64,000 nucleotides of DNA, taken from assembly GCA_937127245.1 (NCBI GenBank), contig CAKZLU010000017.1, positions 3,452-67,451 on the forward strand, read 5' to 3'. Source of the stretch: an uncultured Actinomycetes bacterium. GTDB lineage: Bacteria > Actinomycetota > Geothermincolia > Fen-727 > JACVIW01. Positions 51,417 through 62,401 of this stretch are shown piece by piece. Each line of letters begins with the position of its first letter. Positions within the stretch are counted from its first letter, which is position 1. The position numbers and the translations under genes were made by a program. The notes beneath the pieces are model-generated. The model worked only from the letters and a program-made list of their open reading frames with translations. It did no database searches and was not told the origin of the DNA.

Positions 51417-51934
51417 CTCCTTAAGTTTCCGCCCTCACTTCCAGGGGTTCATCCTCCCCGACGGACGGAAGCGCACCTTCCTTCGCTTCGAATATGGACC
51501 GAATAATATTATCCAACATCCACAACTCGTTATCACCTGCTTTGGGTGTGACGCCCCTTTGAATCTTCCGCCGGTCTCGAAGGGTAGGACATTGCCCGGA
51601 AACCAGCCGCAGGCATACCCCCTGAGAGAAATTTTCGGGGCTCCTTGGGTGGATCTCAAGGGGGATCGCTCAAGGGTGGAAAAAGGAGAGAGTTCACGCC
51701 ATCATCGGATGCCTATTGTGCTGGTCCGCCGGGGCTGGTAAAATATTTACAAGCCTCCCGCTTTTCGATGGTCCGCTTTTCTTGTCTGCCAGAGGTAAGT
51801 CAGGGAGGCTTCTGTTACATATGATCGATTGTTTTCTTCTTGAACTCGCTGGGCGAGGAGATTACAATGAGGAACCCTGTGGATCTTCAGTATACTCTTA
51901 GGCAGCAAACGAAAGGCAATCTTCATCATTACTC

Positions 51935-52948
51935 ATGGATATGCCGTTGCCATCTCGGGGTCCAAGTAGAGGTCGTCTCTTTCACCGGCGAGCAGTGCAG
52001 CGTCGCAAGCACCGCGGATGCGTAGTGAAGGACTCCCAGGGGGAGTCCGGCAAAGTTTCTCTTAATCCCCCCTCTGGAGAGAAAACCATACTACCACAGG
52101 ATGTAGCGGTGAGGCACAAAAGAAAGAACACGGATAAGCCCGCACCTGTTCCCGTTGAACACTATTCCAGGGAATACTATCTGACGTCGTTCGAGGATGA
52201 ACATCTGTTCGAGGACAGGGATTTCCGGGCGCCGGAGCGTGTCCTTGGCGCGTTGGATCTGGCGGGGGAATTGAAGGGTAAGCGCGTACTCGATGTCGGA
52301 TGCGGGCGCGGAATTCTTGCCTGCGACGCGGCCAAACGAGGCGCTCATGTTGTGGGCATCGACATCTCGGAGGCGGCTGTGGAGCTTGCCCACGAACTTC
52401 TTTCAGAGATGGATCCGGGGGATGCCGCGAGGGTCGAAATTCGCCTGCACGACGCGAAAAGCCTTCCTTTTCCACCGGACACCTTTGACGTTGTCTTCAT
52501 GATTGATATATGGGAGCACCTGCATCACCACGAAATTGAGAAAGTCCTCAGGGAAGTGAAGAGGGTGCTGCGAAGCGGGGGTCGTTTGATCGTCCACACG
52601 GGACCTAATACCTGGTTCTATAGCTACGGTTACCCGATTACAAAGTTCCTGGCGCGCGTGATTCTAAGACGCAAACTCCCCGAGACTCTCCGCAAGGAGT
52701 CTGATGCGGTGATGCACGTGAACGAACAAAGCCCGCTGTCGCTCTTCATGGCTCTCAGGGATGAGGGCTACCGGGCGAAAATACTTCCGAGGAGTTACCT
52801 GGTGGGAATAAACCCTTGCCGTTGGGAACGACTGGTCATGAAAGTGCTCTTTTCCAGGCCGGCAGGATATTTCTTCTGCACGAGCCTGATGGCCGTTGCG
52901 AAGCCCAATGAACGTAGCGCCGGCCAAGCAAGAGAACCCGCTCCTTAG
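51935..52948 (+). CDS. class I SAM-dependent methyltransferase (true start probably near 52100)
   Basis: VLDVGCGRG, GIDIS, LPFPPDTFDVV, RVLRSGG. Confidence 0.85.
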   Translation: MDMPLPSRGPSRGRLFHRRAVQRRKHRGCVVKDSQGESGKVSLNPPSGEKTILPQDVAVRHKRKNTDKPAPVPVEHYSREYYLTSFEDEHLFEDRDFRAPERVLGALDLAGELKGKRVLDVGCGRGILACDAAKRGAHVVGIDISEAAVELAHELLSEMDPGDAARVEIRLHDAKSLPFPPDTFDVVFMIDIWEHLHHHEIEKVLREVKRVLRSGGRLIVHTGPNTWFYSYGYPITKFLARVILRRKLPETLRKESDAVMHVNEQSPLSLFMALRDEGYRAKILPRSYLVGINPCRWERLVMKVLFSRPAGYFFCTSLMAVAKPNERSAGQAREPAP

Positions 52949-53067
52949 GGAATCCATCTTCTTGCTTTCAATACCGGTGCCTGGCACCGATGTTGAATTC
53001 AGACCCGCTCATTCATGCAACCGAGAAGATGTGCGATACACGGCACAGGCAAGCCCCGGGTCATATT

Positions 53068-53853
53068 CTACGTCGCACCATCGAGGTTTGAGCTCTCCCA
53101 TGCCTTTCGGACCTTGTCCCTTGCAAGAAGAACGTACTCCTTCTCAGACACAAACGCCTCAAGCGTTATGGTTCCATCATAGAAGGTCTTTAAAAGTTTG
53201 AGATCTCTTCTCCAGTCTGTGGTTCCGCAGCCCAGCGGAAGATGAAGGTCATCCCGCCGGTTATTGTCGCTCATATGTACATGCCTTATCTTTTCCTTCA
53301 TGAGGTTGATGAAATCCGCCGGTCTGAATCCATTAAGGTTTGCGTGCCCCGTATCCAGATTAAGGTATAACTCCGGCACGCTTTCAAGAATAACCTTCGT
53401 GTTTTCCGGAGAATCATCAGGACCTATTCCATGCTCGAACATAATCCTGATGCCGAAAGAGTCAGCAACCTCAACAATCCTTTTCAAAGTTTCTACTTGA
53501 TAGTCGATTCTTTTCTCGAGAGAAAAAAGCGCGCCGGGAGCCCAGTTGGAATGAACTGTCACGTAGTTCGCGCCGAGACGCGCAAAGATGCCAAGCGCCC
53601 TTTTCACTTCACGTACCGATGCGTCTCTCAACGTCTTAAAAGGCGATCCGACAGGTATGTAGTAGGCGGTGTGACCCACAATCCCAAGACCGTAGCGGGA
53701 AAGCTGTCTTTCAATTTTCTTAGTGTCAATTAACTCGGGTACCGCTTTGTCCTCCTCTATGAAAAGATCGAGAAAATCAAATCCATTCTCCCCGATCCAT
53801 GCTATCTCCCCAGAGAGGTCCTTTGCCGGATTGTTTGGATAACCGATTTTCAC
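53068..53853 (-). CDS. sugar phosphate isomerase/epimerase (AP endonuclease 2 TIM barrel)
   Basis: MFEH, LDTGHA, HVHMSDN..DLHLPLG.G, TITLE. Confidence 0.88.
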   Translation of the reverse strand: MKIGYPNNPAKDLSGEIAWIGENGFDFLDLFIEEDKAVPELIDTKKIERQLSRYGLGIVGHTAYYIPVGSPFKTLRDASVREVKRALGIFARLGANYVTVHSNWAPGALFSLEKRIDYQVETLKRIVEVADSFGIRIMFEHGIGPDDSPENTKVILESVPELYLNLDTGHANLNGFRPADFINLMKEKIRHVHMSDNNRRDDLHLPLGCGTTDWRRDLKLLKTFYDGTITLEAFVSEKEYVLLARDKVRKAWESSNLDGAT

Positions 53854-54175
53854 TGCGTCCGCTGGATGGTATCTCCAGCCTCCTCCCTTCGTTCATCCAT
53901 GCCGCAACATAGTAATTCAACCTTTAAGACAATTATGAGTTATCACACGCCTATTAGATTTATATTGAAACCAGGACGCGTCATCGCACTTAAACGGTTT
54001 AATTTACTTATTTATTTTTACGGAAATCAATCGCGGAAAACTCATTTGGTCTCAAGCATTCTTCTTTTGATGAGAAAAATGTATAATCTGTGAAAATCGG
54101 TCAACAAAAACTGATGTTGCGCTCTCTGGAGAACGTAACAAAGTTTTACAAACAACGGGCAATCGGGGGGTTATC

Positions 54176-55492
54176 CTGAAACAACAAAAGCTTCCTTTCT
54201 GGGCAAAGTTAGCTTACAGCTCCGGCTCGGCGGGATTTTCTCTTATAGACAGAATAGTAATCACCTGGCTTATGTACTATTACGTGACAGGGGTCGGGGA
54301 TGGAAAAACTCTCGTCGGCCCAGCTGCGTTCGGCGCGATAATGCTTTTTGGAAGAATAGTTGACGCGATAGCCGACCCGCTCGTTGCCCTGTGGTCAGAC
54401 AATCTCGAAAGCAAACGCGGCAGAAGGACCCCATTTCTTCTTGCGGGCGGCATAACCTACGTCGTAATCTACATCGCGCTGTTCCTCCCCCCTGTCAAAA
54501 GAAATTCTCCCTGGAACGCCGCCTATCTTGCCCTTTTTCTCGGTTTGTACTTCTTCATATTCACAGTGTACGTTTGCCCTTATCTTGCTCTTCTGCCGGA
54601 AATCGCGCGGACCAACAAGGACAGGGTTGACCTTTCCACGATAAAAGCGGCTTTCAGCCTTTTTGGAGTCGCTGTTGCCATGATAGGTTCCGGCTTACTC
54701 ATCGGAGCGTTGGGTTTCCACGGCATGCTGATTGTCCTTGGAATATTTTCGCTGGTGCTTCTCTACATCCCGCTTTTGGTGAAAGAAAAAGAATATGCGC
54801 ATGCTCAACCCGCAACATTGAAACTGGTAAGAGCTATTAAAACAACTTTCAAAAACCGAGCTTTCCGCATATATCTGGTCGCCAATGTTGCTTTCTGGCT
54901 TGGCTTTAACATAATCACGCTGGGAGTCCCATTTTATGTGACGGTTCTGCTCGGAAAATCAGAAGAAGCCACAGCGCTTTACTTTGGGGTGATACTCGGA
55001 GTGTCCGCCCTCGCCTTCCCCTTCGTGAACATATTCGCAAAAAGATATGGTCTGAAGCTTTCCATGATTGTCTCGATGCTTCTGTTTGTCATCATGCTCC
55101 CTCTCATCTACTTTGTGGGGAAACCCGCTGTGGGTCTTTCCAAAGAAATGTTCGCTCTTCTGGTAATGGGAATAGCCGGAGTTCCGCTCGCTGGGCTTTT
55201 CGTTGTGCCCGATGCGATAGTTGCTGCCGTGTCCGACCTGGAGGAAAGGCTCTCTGGGGAAAGGCGCGAGGCGATGTACTTCGGCACCCAGGGTTTCATT
55301 CTCAAAGCCGCCATGGGACTTTCGACACTGCTTACTGGCTTACTTTTCCAACTGTTCGGCAAGAGCACCGCGCGCCCGCTCGGGATCCAGCTCACCGGGG
55401 TGGTTGCGTCTCTGTTCATACTTGCCGGTCTCCTCTCTTTCCTGCGGTATCCCGAAAAGGAAGTAAATGAGGTGCAGCTTAGGCAAACATGA
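54176..55492 (+). CDS. MFS transporter, GPH/MelB-like; probable CTG start at 54176
   Basis: KLAYSSG N-terminus, DAIADP..WSD..GRRTPF, PYLALLPE, RREAMYFG. Confidence 0.88.
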   Translation: MKQQKLPFWAKLAYSSGSAGFSLIDRIVITWLMYYYVTGVGDGKTLVGPAAFGAIMLFGRIVDAIADPLVALWSDNLESKRGRRTPFLLAGGITYVVIYIALFLPPVKRNSPWNAAYLALFLGLYFFIFTVYVCPYLALLPEIARTNKDRVDLSTIKAAFSLFGVAVAMIGSGLLIGALGFHGMLIVLGIFSLVLLYIPLLVKEKEYAHAQPATLKLVRAIKTTFKNRAFRIYLVANVAFWLGFNIITLGVPFYVTVLLGKSEEATALYFGVILGVSALAFPFVNIFAKRYGLKLSMIVSMLLFVIMLPLIYFVGKPAVGLSKEMFALLVMGIAGVPLAGLFVVPDAIVAAVSDLEERLSGERREAMYFGTQGFILKAAMGLSTLLTGLLFQLFGKSTARPLGIQLTGVVASLFILAGLLSFLRYPEKEVNEVQLRQT

Positions 55493-55777
55493 TTCTTTTG
55501 TTGACCCGAGGGAAGGTGGCTCACCTAAAATGCGAACCGCTTTGGGAAAACGTTACTCGACGAGCTTTCATGCCGCTGATGCGTGGCGTTGACGACATCT
55601 ACACGAACCACACTATACTCTGTGTTTTTTCTGCCGCTGATGCGCGGCATGGACACAGCAAAACGGTTCAAGGTTAGCTATCCAATAATTTGAAGGGGCA
55701 AACCTTCAGGGCTAAAATCCAGATAAGCAAAAAAGAGCGAAGGAAAAGCGCTTCCGGAATGGAGCCATCAAAGAGAA

Positions 55778-57143
55778 ATGTCTTAAAAGAAAACCCTTGC
55801 GAAAACGGGTAAGCCACCCATAATTAATAAAATTTCCCCGCTTATTCTTTTTCTATTTGTCTTATGCTTCTTTCTTTTATTTCAAATCCCGGTTGCTGGC
55901 AGTGAAGTGCCTTTTTATTCATGCGGCGGGGTGGGAGTGAACCTGTACCCGGACGATCTGGGTGCGGATTTTCAGTCGTCGTGCGCCACGCTCGAAAGGG
56001 TTACAGACCTCGGGTTTCGTTTTTTAAGAACTGATTTTCCCTAAAGCGAGCTTGAACCCAGCCCTGGAAGATGGGACGAGAACAGATTCGAGTGGTTAAA
56101 GGGGTATCTTGAGATTGCCGAAAGTAGAGGTTGTTTTAGGAGCCGCGCCAGAATGGGCTCGCGCGCTGTACCGCGAAAATCCCACTTCTTTTTTCCGCAG
56201 ATTTTGTAAATATTCAAAGGAGGTCGCCAGAAAGTTTGGCATTCACGTCCATTATTATCAAGTGTGGACGAAGCCATCAGCCCCCTCGATTTCGTGCTTC
56301 CATGGGATGACCCCAAAGTTTTCTGGGCGTGTTCTCTTAGAGTCAAAGCGGCGGACGCAAGTTCAGAGATAATCGTAAATTTAATTTCCTCAGTGCCCTG
56401 GTGGGAGCTCATTCTCAACTACTGGATGCTTACGCCTGGCGACCGGATAGACATCATCGGTCTCGACCATTATCCCGGAACCTGGTATTTCGGCAAATAC
56501 TCAGACTGGGCTCCGCTTGAGAGAATCTGCGCCAAAACCCTTGACCGACACGACCCATGCTTCAGGAAACACGCCGTACAGGAAACCGGATTTTCCACGT
56601 TCCTGCCCTTTTTTCACAGCGAGGAGAATAAAAAAGTGGATCGAGACATCACTTGGAGCGGTCAAGAGGATGAATTGACAACCACAATCTCTCATCACCA
56701 TCTAAAATCCTTTCCGTCTGTTTTTACGAGCTTTATGACGCGGGCTTCAAACCTGGCTTCTGGGTCGAGGACTACTTCGGGATTATCAGAAAAGATAGTT
56801 CCGAAAAGCCCGGTTATCAAAGCCTTAAAAGATGCGTGAGCGATTTCGGCTAAGACGCCGAGCCGCCGGTTGGCTCGGTTCTCATAAACGGGGGAGCCCC
56901 CTCACGCTTTCGAGACGCGTTAGGCTCAAGATAGAGGCAAGTGATTTTTCGGGTGTTTCGCAAATGTGTGTCTCAGACAACGAACCCGCAAGACCTGATT
57001 CCTGTCGGTGGCAGCATTACGACGAGAACCTGAGATGGACACTTAACCCAGGACCCGGATTAAAAACGGTTTACGTGCTCCTTGAGGATTATTGGGGTAA
57101 TACGTCCTCGCCGCTTTGCGCAAGCATTCTGCTGGTGAGATGA
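55778..57143 (+). pseudogene. secreted clan-A glycoside hydrolase + Ig-like domain with multiple stops and frameshifts
   Basis: Signal peptide; RTDFP*SELEPSPGRWD, YYQVW, IDIIGLDHYPGTW, QETGFS, EDYFGII; TAA at 55784 and 56042; C-terminal GLKTVYV..D.WGN. Confidence 0.75.
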
Positions 57144-57163
57144 GTTAATTTCCTCCGCTTAGC

Positions 57164-58060
57164 TTACGCCTCCCCTCGCAGATTCTCGGAGAAGGATTCG
57201 GCTATTTCCTCGCCCCCAAACCGTGAAAGAAGCGCCGTTCCTAAAAGTATCACCGAGAATGCGACAATCCTGATCGCAGACATTGCCCTTTCCTGCGGCA
57301 GGGCTTCGCCCAGAGCGATAATCCCGCCGATTATCGCAACAACCTTATTGAGCACAGCCTCCAAGGACACGACTATGAGCGCCTTTCCGTGCTGAAAGCC
57401 GCTTTGCATCACCCCAATTCCAACCAGATAAGAAAAGATCAAAACTGGCAGACAGATGAGATACGCAAGAAGGGGCTTTCCCGCCTCGGCGCATAGAAAC
57501 ATGGCTTTGATGAAAAGCGCGCCGAGTCCAACGAAAAGCCCGGATACCATGCCCAGAAGCGAATCTACCCTTAAAGCGCCAAGCTTCCCCCTCCTCCCAA
57601 GAAGATAAGAAATAAGAGAAATTGCCAGTATCGCCGCGGTAATGAGGATCAGGCGAAACCACTCAGGGGTTATCCCGCGAACTTTCTCCTCTCCCGCGGT
57701 GCTCACCCCCAGAAGGACCATGCCAACTATCATCCCGAAGACCGCGATCCATTCGAGGGCTTTTATCTTTTCCTTCAGGTAAAAGACGCTGAAGACCGCG
57801 AGCACCGCAAGCCCTACCCCGAGCGTCGGCTGGATTATCGAGATTGGAGCGAACTTGGTGCTGACGAAGAAAAGACCCCAGCCGCCCAGAAGAGCTCCAG
57901 TTCCGGCAAGCCATACGCGGCTTGTGAAGAAGGCTTTGACCACTCCCTTCTCGCTGCCGATCTTCGGCAATTTCGAAGCGCCTCTTTTCTGGAGAGCCAT
58001 TCCGAAATTCATTAAAGATGTCGCAAGCACCGCAAGTAGGATAGCCTGCCATACGGTCAT
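57164..58060 (-). CDS. DMT/EamA-superfamily transporter (NIPA-like)
   Basis: GMALQKRG, APISIIQP, YLKEK; about 9-10 TM helices; AGGAGG RBS. Confidence 0.8.
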   Translation of the reverse strand: MTVWQAILLAVLATSLMNFGMALQKRGASKLPKIGSEKGVVKAFFTSRVWLAGTGALLGGWGLFFVSTKFAPISIIQPTLGVGLAVLAVFSVFYLKEKIKALEWIAVFGMIVGMVLLGVSTAGEEKVRGITPEWFRLILITAAILAISLISYLLGRRGKLGALRVDSLLGMVSGLFVGLGALFIKAMFLCAEAGKPLLAYLICLPVLIFSYLVGIGVMQSGFQHGKALIVVSLEAVLNKVVAIIGGIIALGEALPQERAMSAIRIVAFSVILLGTALLSRFGGEEIAESFSENLRGEA

Positions 58061-58111
58061 CTTATCCTCCTTTGGAGAACGGTGAGAACTCCTTCTTACC
58101 TGATAGGGGCT

Positions 58112-58933
58112 TTAATCAAATTTCACATGGGCGCGGATGCGCTCGTAGGCGTTTTCAAGAAAATCCGCGTCCTCGATAATAATGCATATGTTTTTGCGGG
58201 GACAAACCTCCACGCACCGACCGCACCCGCGGCACCTCTCTGAAATCCGCGCCTTGCCTTCTTTTATGGTGATCGCCTGAATATAGCAGCGCTCGGCGCA
58301 CTTACCGCAAGCGGCGCAATCATCCCCCGCTTGTATTTTCAACCCGTCAAGCCTGGGAAAGAGGTCGTCAAGAACGCGCATCGGCGCGTGAGACGTGAAA
58401 CGCGTAATGCAGCAGCACTCGCAGCAAAAACAAACCGTAAGAAGCCTTCCCCTATCCGGTATTGAAAACAGAGCGTTATCTATGCGAGCTTTGCCTACGA
58501 CCGGCACGAGACCGGCATCAACAGCGCGCCGTGCGTGCTCCTTCGCCTCCTGAACGCTTACCTCACGGCAAGATTTTGAGCGACCTTCAACAGCGGAATC
58601 CCCCATGAGCAAACATCCAATCTCCACCGGATAATTTCTGCAGGAGTAAGCCTCCCTGCAGCCGCAGTAGGTGTAAATCACTCTGTGGGAAGCCTCTTCG
58701 ATAAGCCTACCCAGAAGACTTAAAGGCAGGGGCGCGTTTTCCGGCATCTCAATTTCAGCGTTAATTGGAAGCCAGCGCATGTCCGTCTTTCCGGGATCAA
58801 ACCAGGGGTGGTAGCGCATGAAGGGAAACCTGGCAAGCCTGAAAACCTTTTCGATAAGGTCAAGCGAGAATCTGAGCGTCTTTTTATCTCTCTTGTCCAA
58901 GATTTTGCTTCCCCTCATCAAGAAACTCTCCAC
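58112..58933 (-). CDS. 4Fe-4S ferredoxin-domain protein
   Basis: CGCR....C, CFCCECCC, CAACGKCAERC, CRGCGRCVEVCP. Confidence 0.85.
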   Translation of the reverse strand: MESFLMRGSKILDKRDKKTLRFSLDLIEKVFRLARFPFMRYHPWFDPGKTDMRWLPINAEIEMPENAPLPLSLLGRLIEEASHRVIYTYCGCREAYSCRNYPVEIGCLLMGDSAVEGRSKSCREVSVQEAKEHARRAVDAGLVPVVGKARIDNALFSIPDRGRLLTVCFCCECCCITRFTSHAPMRVLDDLFPRLDGLKIQAGDDCAACGKCAERCYIQAITIKEGKARISERCRGCGRCVEVCPRKNICIIIEDADFLENAYERIRAHVKFD

Positions 58934-59221
58934 GTTGAAGTGGCACAGCCACCTCTCATCAAGCGGACCGTCCGGTCGCTTCTCGAAAAAGCGCTGCGCT
59001 ATAACCTGATTTCTTTAATCAAAAAACGCCCTCGCTTACGCTGAAAGCGACCCGACCTCCCCTAAAAACGGCATGAACTTATTTCAGGTTGGCCACTATC
59101 TATCACAAATGACAAAGATGCGCTAATCTTTTGGAACGTCTGATGATAAGTCTGATGGTTGTAAAGATGTTTGATAGGCTTACGGGTCTAACCGAGATCC
59201 CGAGATTCTTAGGGAAATGAG

Positions 59222-60478
59222 ATGGGAAAAAGGAATTTTTACTACGGCTGGTTGATTGTGGGCGTTGCTTTCTTCGCCCTTTTTCTCAATTACGGAATCA
59301 GAAACACAAGTACGGTCCTTTTCAAAGACGTTGTCAAAGACATCGGGGTGAGCAGGGGCGCTGGCTCCATTCCCTTTACGGTGATGGTCGCCCTCTACGC
59401 CATCGGCGCGCCAATCGTAGGAAAACTGATTGACAAGTTCGGACCCAGTCGAATCCTGCCGACCGGTCTTGCCCTCGCGGGGTTGGGGCTTTGTCTTTGC
59501 TCGAAGATATCCAATCTTGCGACCTTCATCCTTTTTTTCGGAATAATATTCGGGATTGGAGGAAACGGCATCGGGCTTGTTCCCACCAATACGGCGGTCG
59601 CCTCATGGTTCAGACGCAGGATGGGTCTTGCGCTCGGTATCGCCTCCGTGGGCATAGGGCTCGGAACGGTCATCATACCTCCCCTCACCCAATGGGTGCT
59701 TTCAACCTGGGGATGGAGAGCATCTTTCCTTTTTTTGGGATTATTAACCTCAGTCAGCGCGATACCCGCTTACCTCATAATGAGAAAAGAAAGAGACCAA
59801 AGAAACATAAATCATTTAAATGATTTTCCGGATAACTCTGGGGGAATCAAGCGAAATCTCTCCGATGCTCCCTCAGTTCTGCCCGATGGTGACTGGACCC
59901 TTCGCGAAGCGCTGCGCTCCGCAAATCTCTGGAAAATATTCTTTTCCTTCGTAATCCTTGTCGTCGCTCTCTACGGCGTTCTGCTTCATCAGGTTCCCTA
60001 CGCCACTGACAAAGGCATAAGCAAATCAATGGCGACCCTATCCGTCACGGTTGCCGGAATCTCAAGCATCGCGGGAAGGTTTTTCTTCGGGTGGCTTTCG
60101 GACAAGACAAAAACAAGAAAACTCGCTATATATCCCGCCTACATAATGGTGACAATCGCGCTGGTAATTCTCATATACATCAAAAATAGCTTAATGCTTT
60201 TTGCCTACGCAGCGGTCTATGGTTTGGGTTATGCCGCTTACGGTCCGGTGCTGCCCGCCATTGTTGCGGACATTTTCGGCAAGAAAAACATGGGCTCGAT
60301 ATTCGGAGCGGTAACGGCCGGGGGCGCGATCGGGGGCGCTGTGGGACCTTACGTAACGGGACTACTATACGATTTGACGGGCGGGTATGCATATGCCTGG
60401 CTTCTCGGGATAATTTGCTCGCTCATCTCGTTCGCTCTGATAGCAAGCGTTAAATATCCCTCGCGCCTCAAGCCCTAA
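59222..60478 (+). CDS. MFS transporter (OFA/MCT-like)
   Basis: YYGWLIV, GKLIDKFG, WFRRRMGLALG, GWLSDK; 12-TM pattern. Confidence 0.9.
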   Translation: MGKRNFYYGWLIVGVAFFALFLNYGIRNTSTVLFKDVVKDIGVSRGAGSIPFTVMVALYAIGAPIVGKLIDKFGPSRILPTGLALAGLGLCLCSKISNLATFILFFGIIFGIGGNGIGLVPTNTAVASWFRRRMGLALGIASVGIGLGTVIIPPLTQWVLSTWGWRASFLFLGLLTSVSAIPAYLIMRKERDQRNINHLNDFPDNSGGIKRNLSDAPSVLPDGDWTLREALRSANLWKIFFSFVILVVALYGVLLHQVPYATDKGISKSMATLSVTVAGISSIAGRFFFGWLSDKTKTRKLAIYPAYIMVTIALVILIYIKNSLMLFAYAAVYGLGYAAYGPVLPAIVADIFGKKNMGSIFGAVTAGGAIGGAVGPYVTGLLYDLTGGYAYAWLLGIICSLISFALIASVKYPSRLKP

Positions 60479-60611
60479 AAGGAACCTTTAATTTACGCAC
60501 CTAAACGTGCAGGAGGAGGGCGCCTCACCACGGGAATTATCCCTTTAAGATTTGCCTTTTTTAAAACGCTTGCCAAACGCGCGCTTTCGAAAGGGAATAC
60601 GAGGTCGCTTT

Positions 60612-62099
60612 TTAGTCGGAGCGCGAGAAAACTTTTCTTACAAGCCTTGCCGCAAAAAGGGCAAGAAGCGCCGTTTGACCTAACAAAATCGGGCGCAGCG
60701 AGTTCATCATGATCTCGTAAGGTCTGTAGTCCACATTAAGCGACAGGCTTTTGCCAAGCCGATCCATCGCGATTAATTCCGCCACGCGATTCGCCGTCCA
60801 TATAGCCGCTTCCATTCCTCCAGAGCTTACGGGCGTCTTCGTGTAATCTCCGGCAAGGTAAAAATTTAGGAAGGGGGTTCTCTGGAACGGTCTGTACCTC
60901 TCCATTCCCGGGAACGGGCGGTAAACACCCTGTCTTACCCTGACAAGCTTCCATTTGTTCACCTCGGCGTTTTTAGCCTCTGGGAAAATCTCCAAAAACT
61001 GCTTGTAGGCTTGATCGAAAATCACCTTGTCTGAAAGACCAAGCAGGTAGTCAGCCGGCGATATGACCAACTCGAACATGCTTCCGCCTTTGAACACATG
61101 CGGAATCACGTTAGATAGGTCAGCGTAAGTGTTGAATATGCAACCGTTTGAAAAGAATGTGCAGTCGATATCGGTCAATTTTCTGTCGAACCAGATTTGA
61201 AGCGACATTGAAGGAGCCATCTTGAAGTGAACAAGCTGCCTGAAGTACTCGAAGCCGAGCGCTTCTGCAGGAAGTATCCGAAGAAGTGAATGCGGATCGA
61301 TAGCCGAGACGAATATGTCCGCCTCGAGCTTTTCTCCGTCCTCGGTTAAAGCGCTTTTAACCTCAAGTCCTCGCACCTCAAGAGCGCTCAAGCGCTTGTT
61401 TTTCCAGGCTTCACCGCCGCGCTCACGAATGTATTTAAGGCAGTTGTCAACCCATATGTCCCCCAGACCGCCATTAGCAAAGCCTATGCGTGAGTTTTTC
61501 GCGGAAACGAACATCTTGGTAAACCAGTTAACCATCACTTTCGCTGAGACCTCATAAGGCAGACTAAAAGTCAGCCCTCTGATGGCCGGCTCCATAAGCG
61601 GGCGCATGGCGTCGTAAAACGTGTAGCGGCACAGCAGTGATTCCATGCTTATTTCATCGAGCCTGTCCAGATTCAAAAGACCTCTTAAAACACCTATTCC
61701 GAGCGGTAAAAGGCTTGCCAGCACTTTCCATCTGGGGACTTCGTCAAAATCTTTAAGCAAATGCAGAAAAGCGTAAATCGCGTGACCTGGAGGAGGCAAG
61801 GGGGCGAATTTGAGAACCGCCTGACGCCCTCCCTTCATCGCGTAGTAGAAAGAGGTATCCTTCCAAATGATATTTTCGGAGATGCCGAGTTTATCAAAGA
61901 AGTTTAAGAGGTTGACATAGTAGGGCATGAAAACGTGTAAAGCGTTGTCAACCGTGTCCCCGTCCTCATCAATCCATGAACTTGCCCTCCCCCCGAAAAT
62001 CTCATCCGCCTCGTAAAGCGATACCTCTAGACCCAAGTCCAAAAGATTGATCGCGGTTGCAAGCCCGCTCATCCCTCCGCCAATCACGACAGCCTTCAC
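60612..62099 (-). CDS. FAD-dependent oxidoreductase, phytoene/zeta-carotene desaturase or HpnE-like
   Basis: GGGMSGL, GGRASSW.D.DGD.VDNALHVF..YY.N, LAGDYT, MEAA; start placed at GTG 62099. Confidence 0.8.
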   Translation of the reverse strand: MKAVVIGGGMSGLATAINLLDLGLEVSLYEADEIFGGRASSWIDEDGDTVDNALHVFMPYYVNLLNFFDKLGISENIIWKDTSFYYAMKGGRQAVLKFAPLPPPGHAIYAFLHLLKDFDEVPRWKVLASLLPLGIGVLRGLLNLDRLDEISMESLLCRYTFYDAMRPLMEPAIRGLTFSLPYEVSAKVMVNWFTKMFVSAKNSRIGFANGGLGDIWVDNCLKYIRERGGEAWKNKRLSALEVRGLEVKSALTEDGEKLEADIFVSAIDPHSLLRILPAEALGFEYFRQLVHFKMAPSMSLQIWFDRKLTDIDCTFFSNGCIFNTYADLSNVIPHVFKGGSMFELVISPADYLLGLSDKVIFDQAYKQFLEIFPEAKNAEVNKWKLVRVRQGVYRPFPGMERYRPFQRTPFLNFYLAGDYTKTPVSSGGMEAAIWTANRVAELIAMDRLGKSLSLNVDYRPYEIMMNSLRPILLGQTALLALFAARLVRKVFSRSD

Positions 62100-62401
62100 C
62101 TTTCCCACCCCCTTGAAGGTCGATGACCCCAAACACAATAAGTGAAATATTTGGACCTGTTTTCCGCAAAAAACCTGAATGTTTAAGTAATTATATATTC
62201 CAAAGAGCGCAAATCCGTGGCTTTTCAATTTAATAACCGGTTTCGTATCAGGCGATGCCGGTGGGGCTAAAATATCATAAGAAGGTTTGATATTTCTCCA
62301 CGTTTTGGAAAATGGCAAAGCCAATCACGTTAGGATTAAATATCAAGTCTGGATGTCGTAAGACGGAAAAGGACTAACGAGCCGTATGAATTGGAGGATA
62401 G

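Noticed and set aside
55660..55770. c-di-GMP-I riboswitch-like words (GCAAA, GGGCAAACC..GGGCTAA)
   Set aside because: Could not build the P1/P2 stems or GNRA loop; the GGGTCTAA near 59185 fails in the same way
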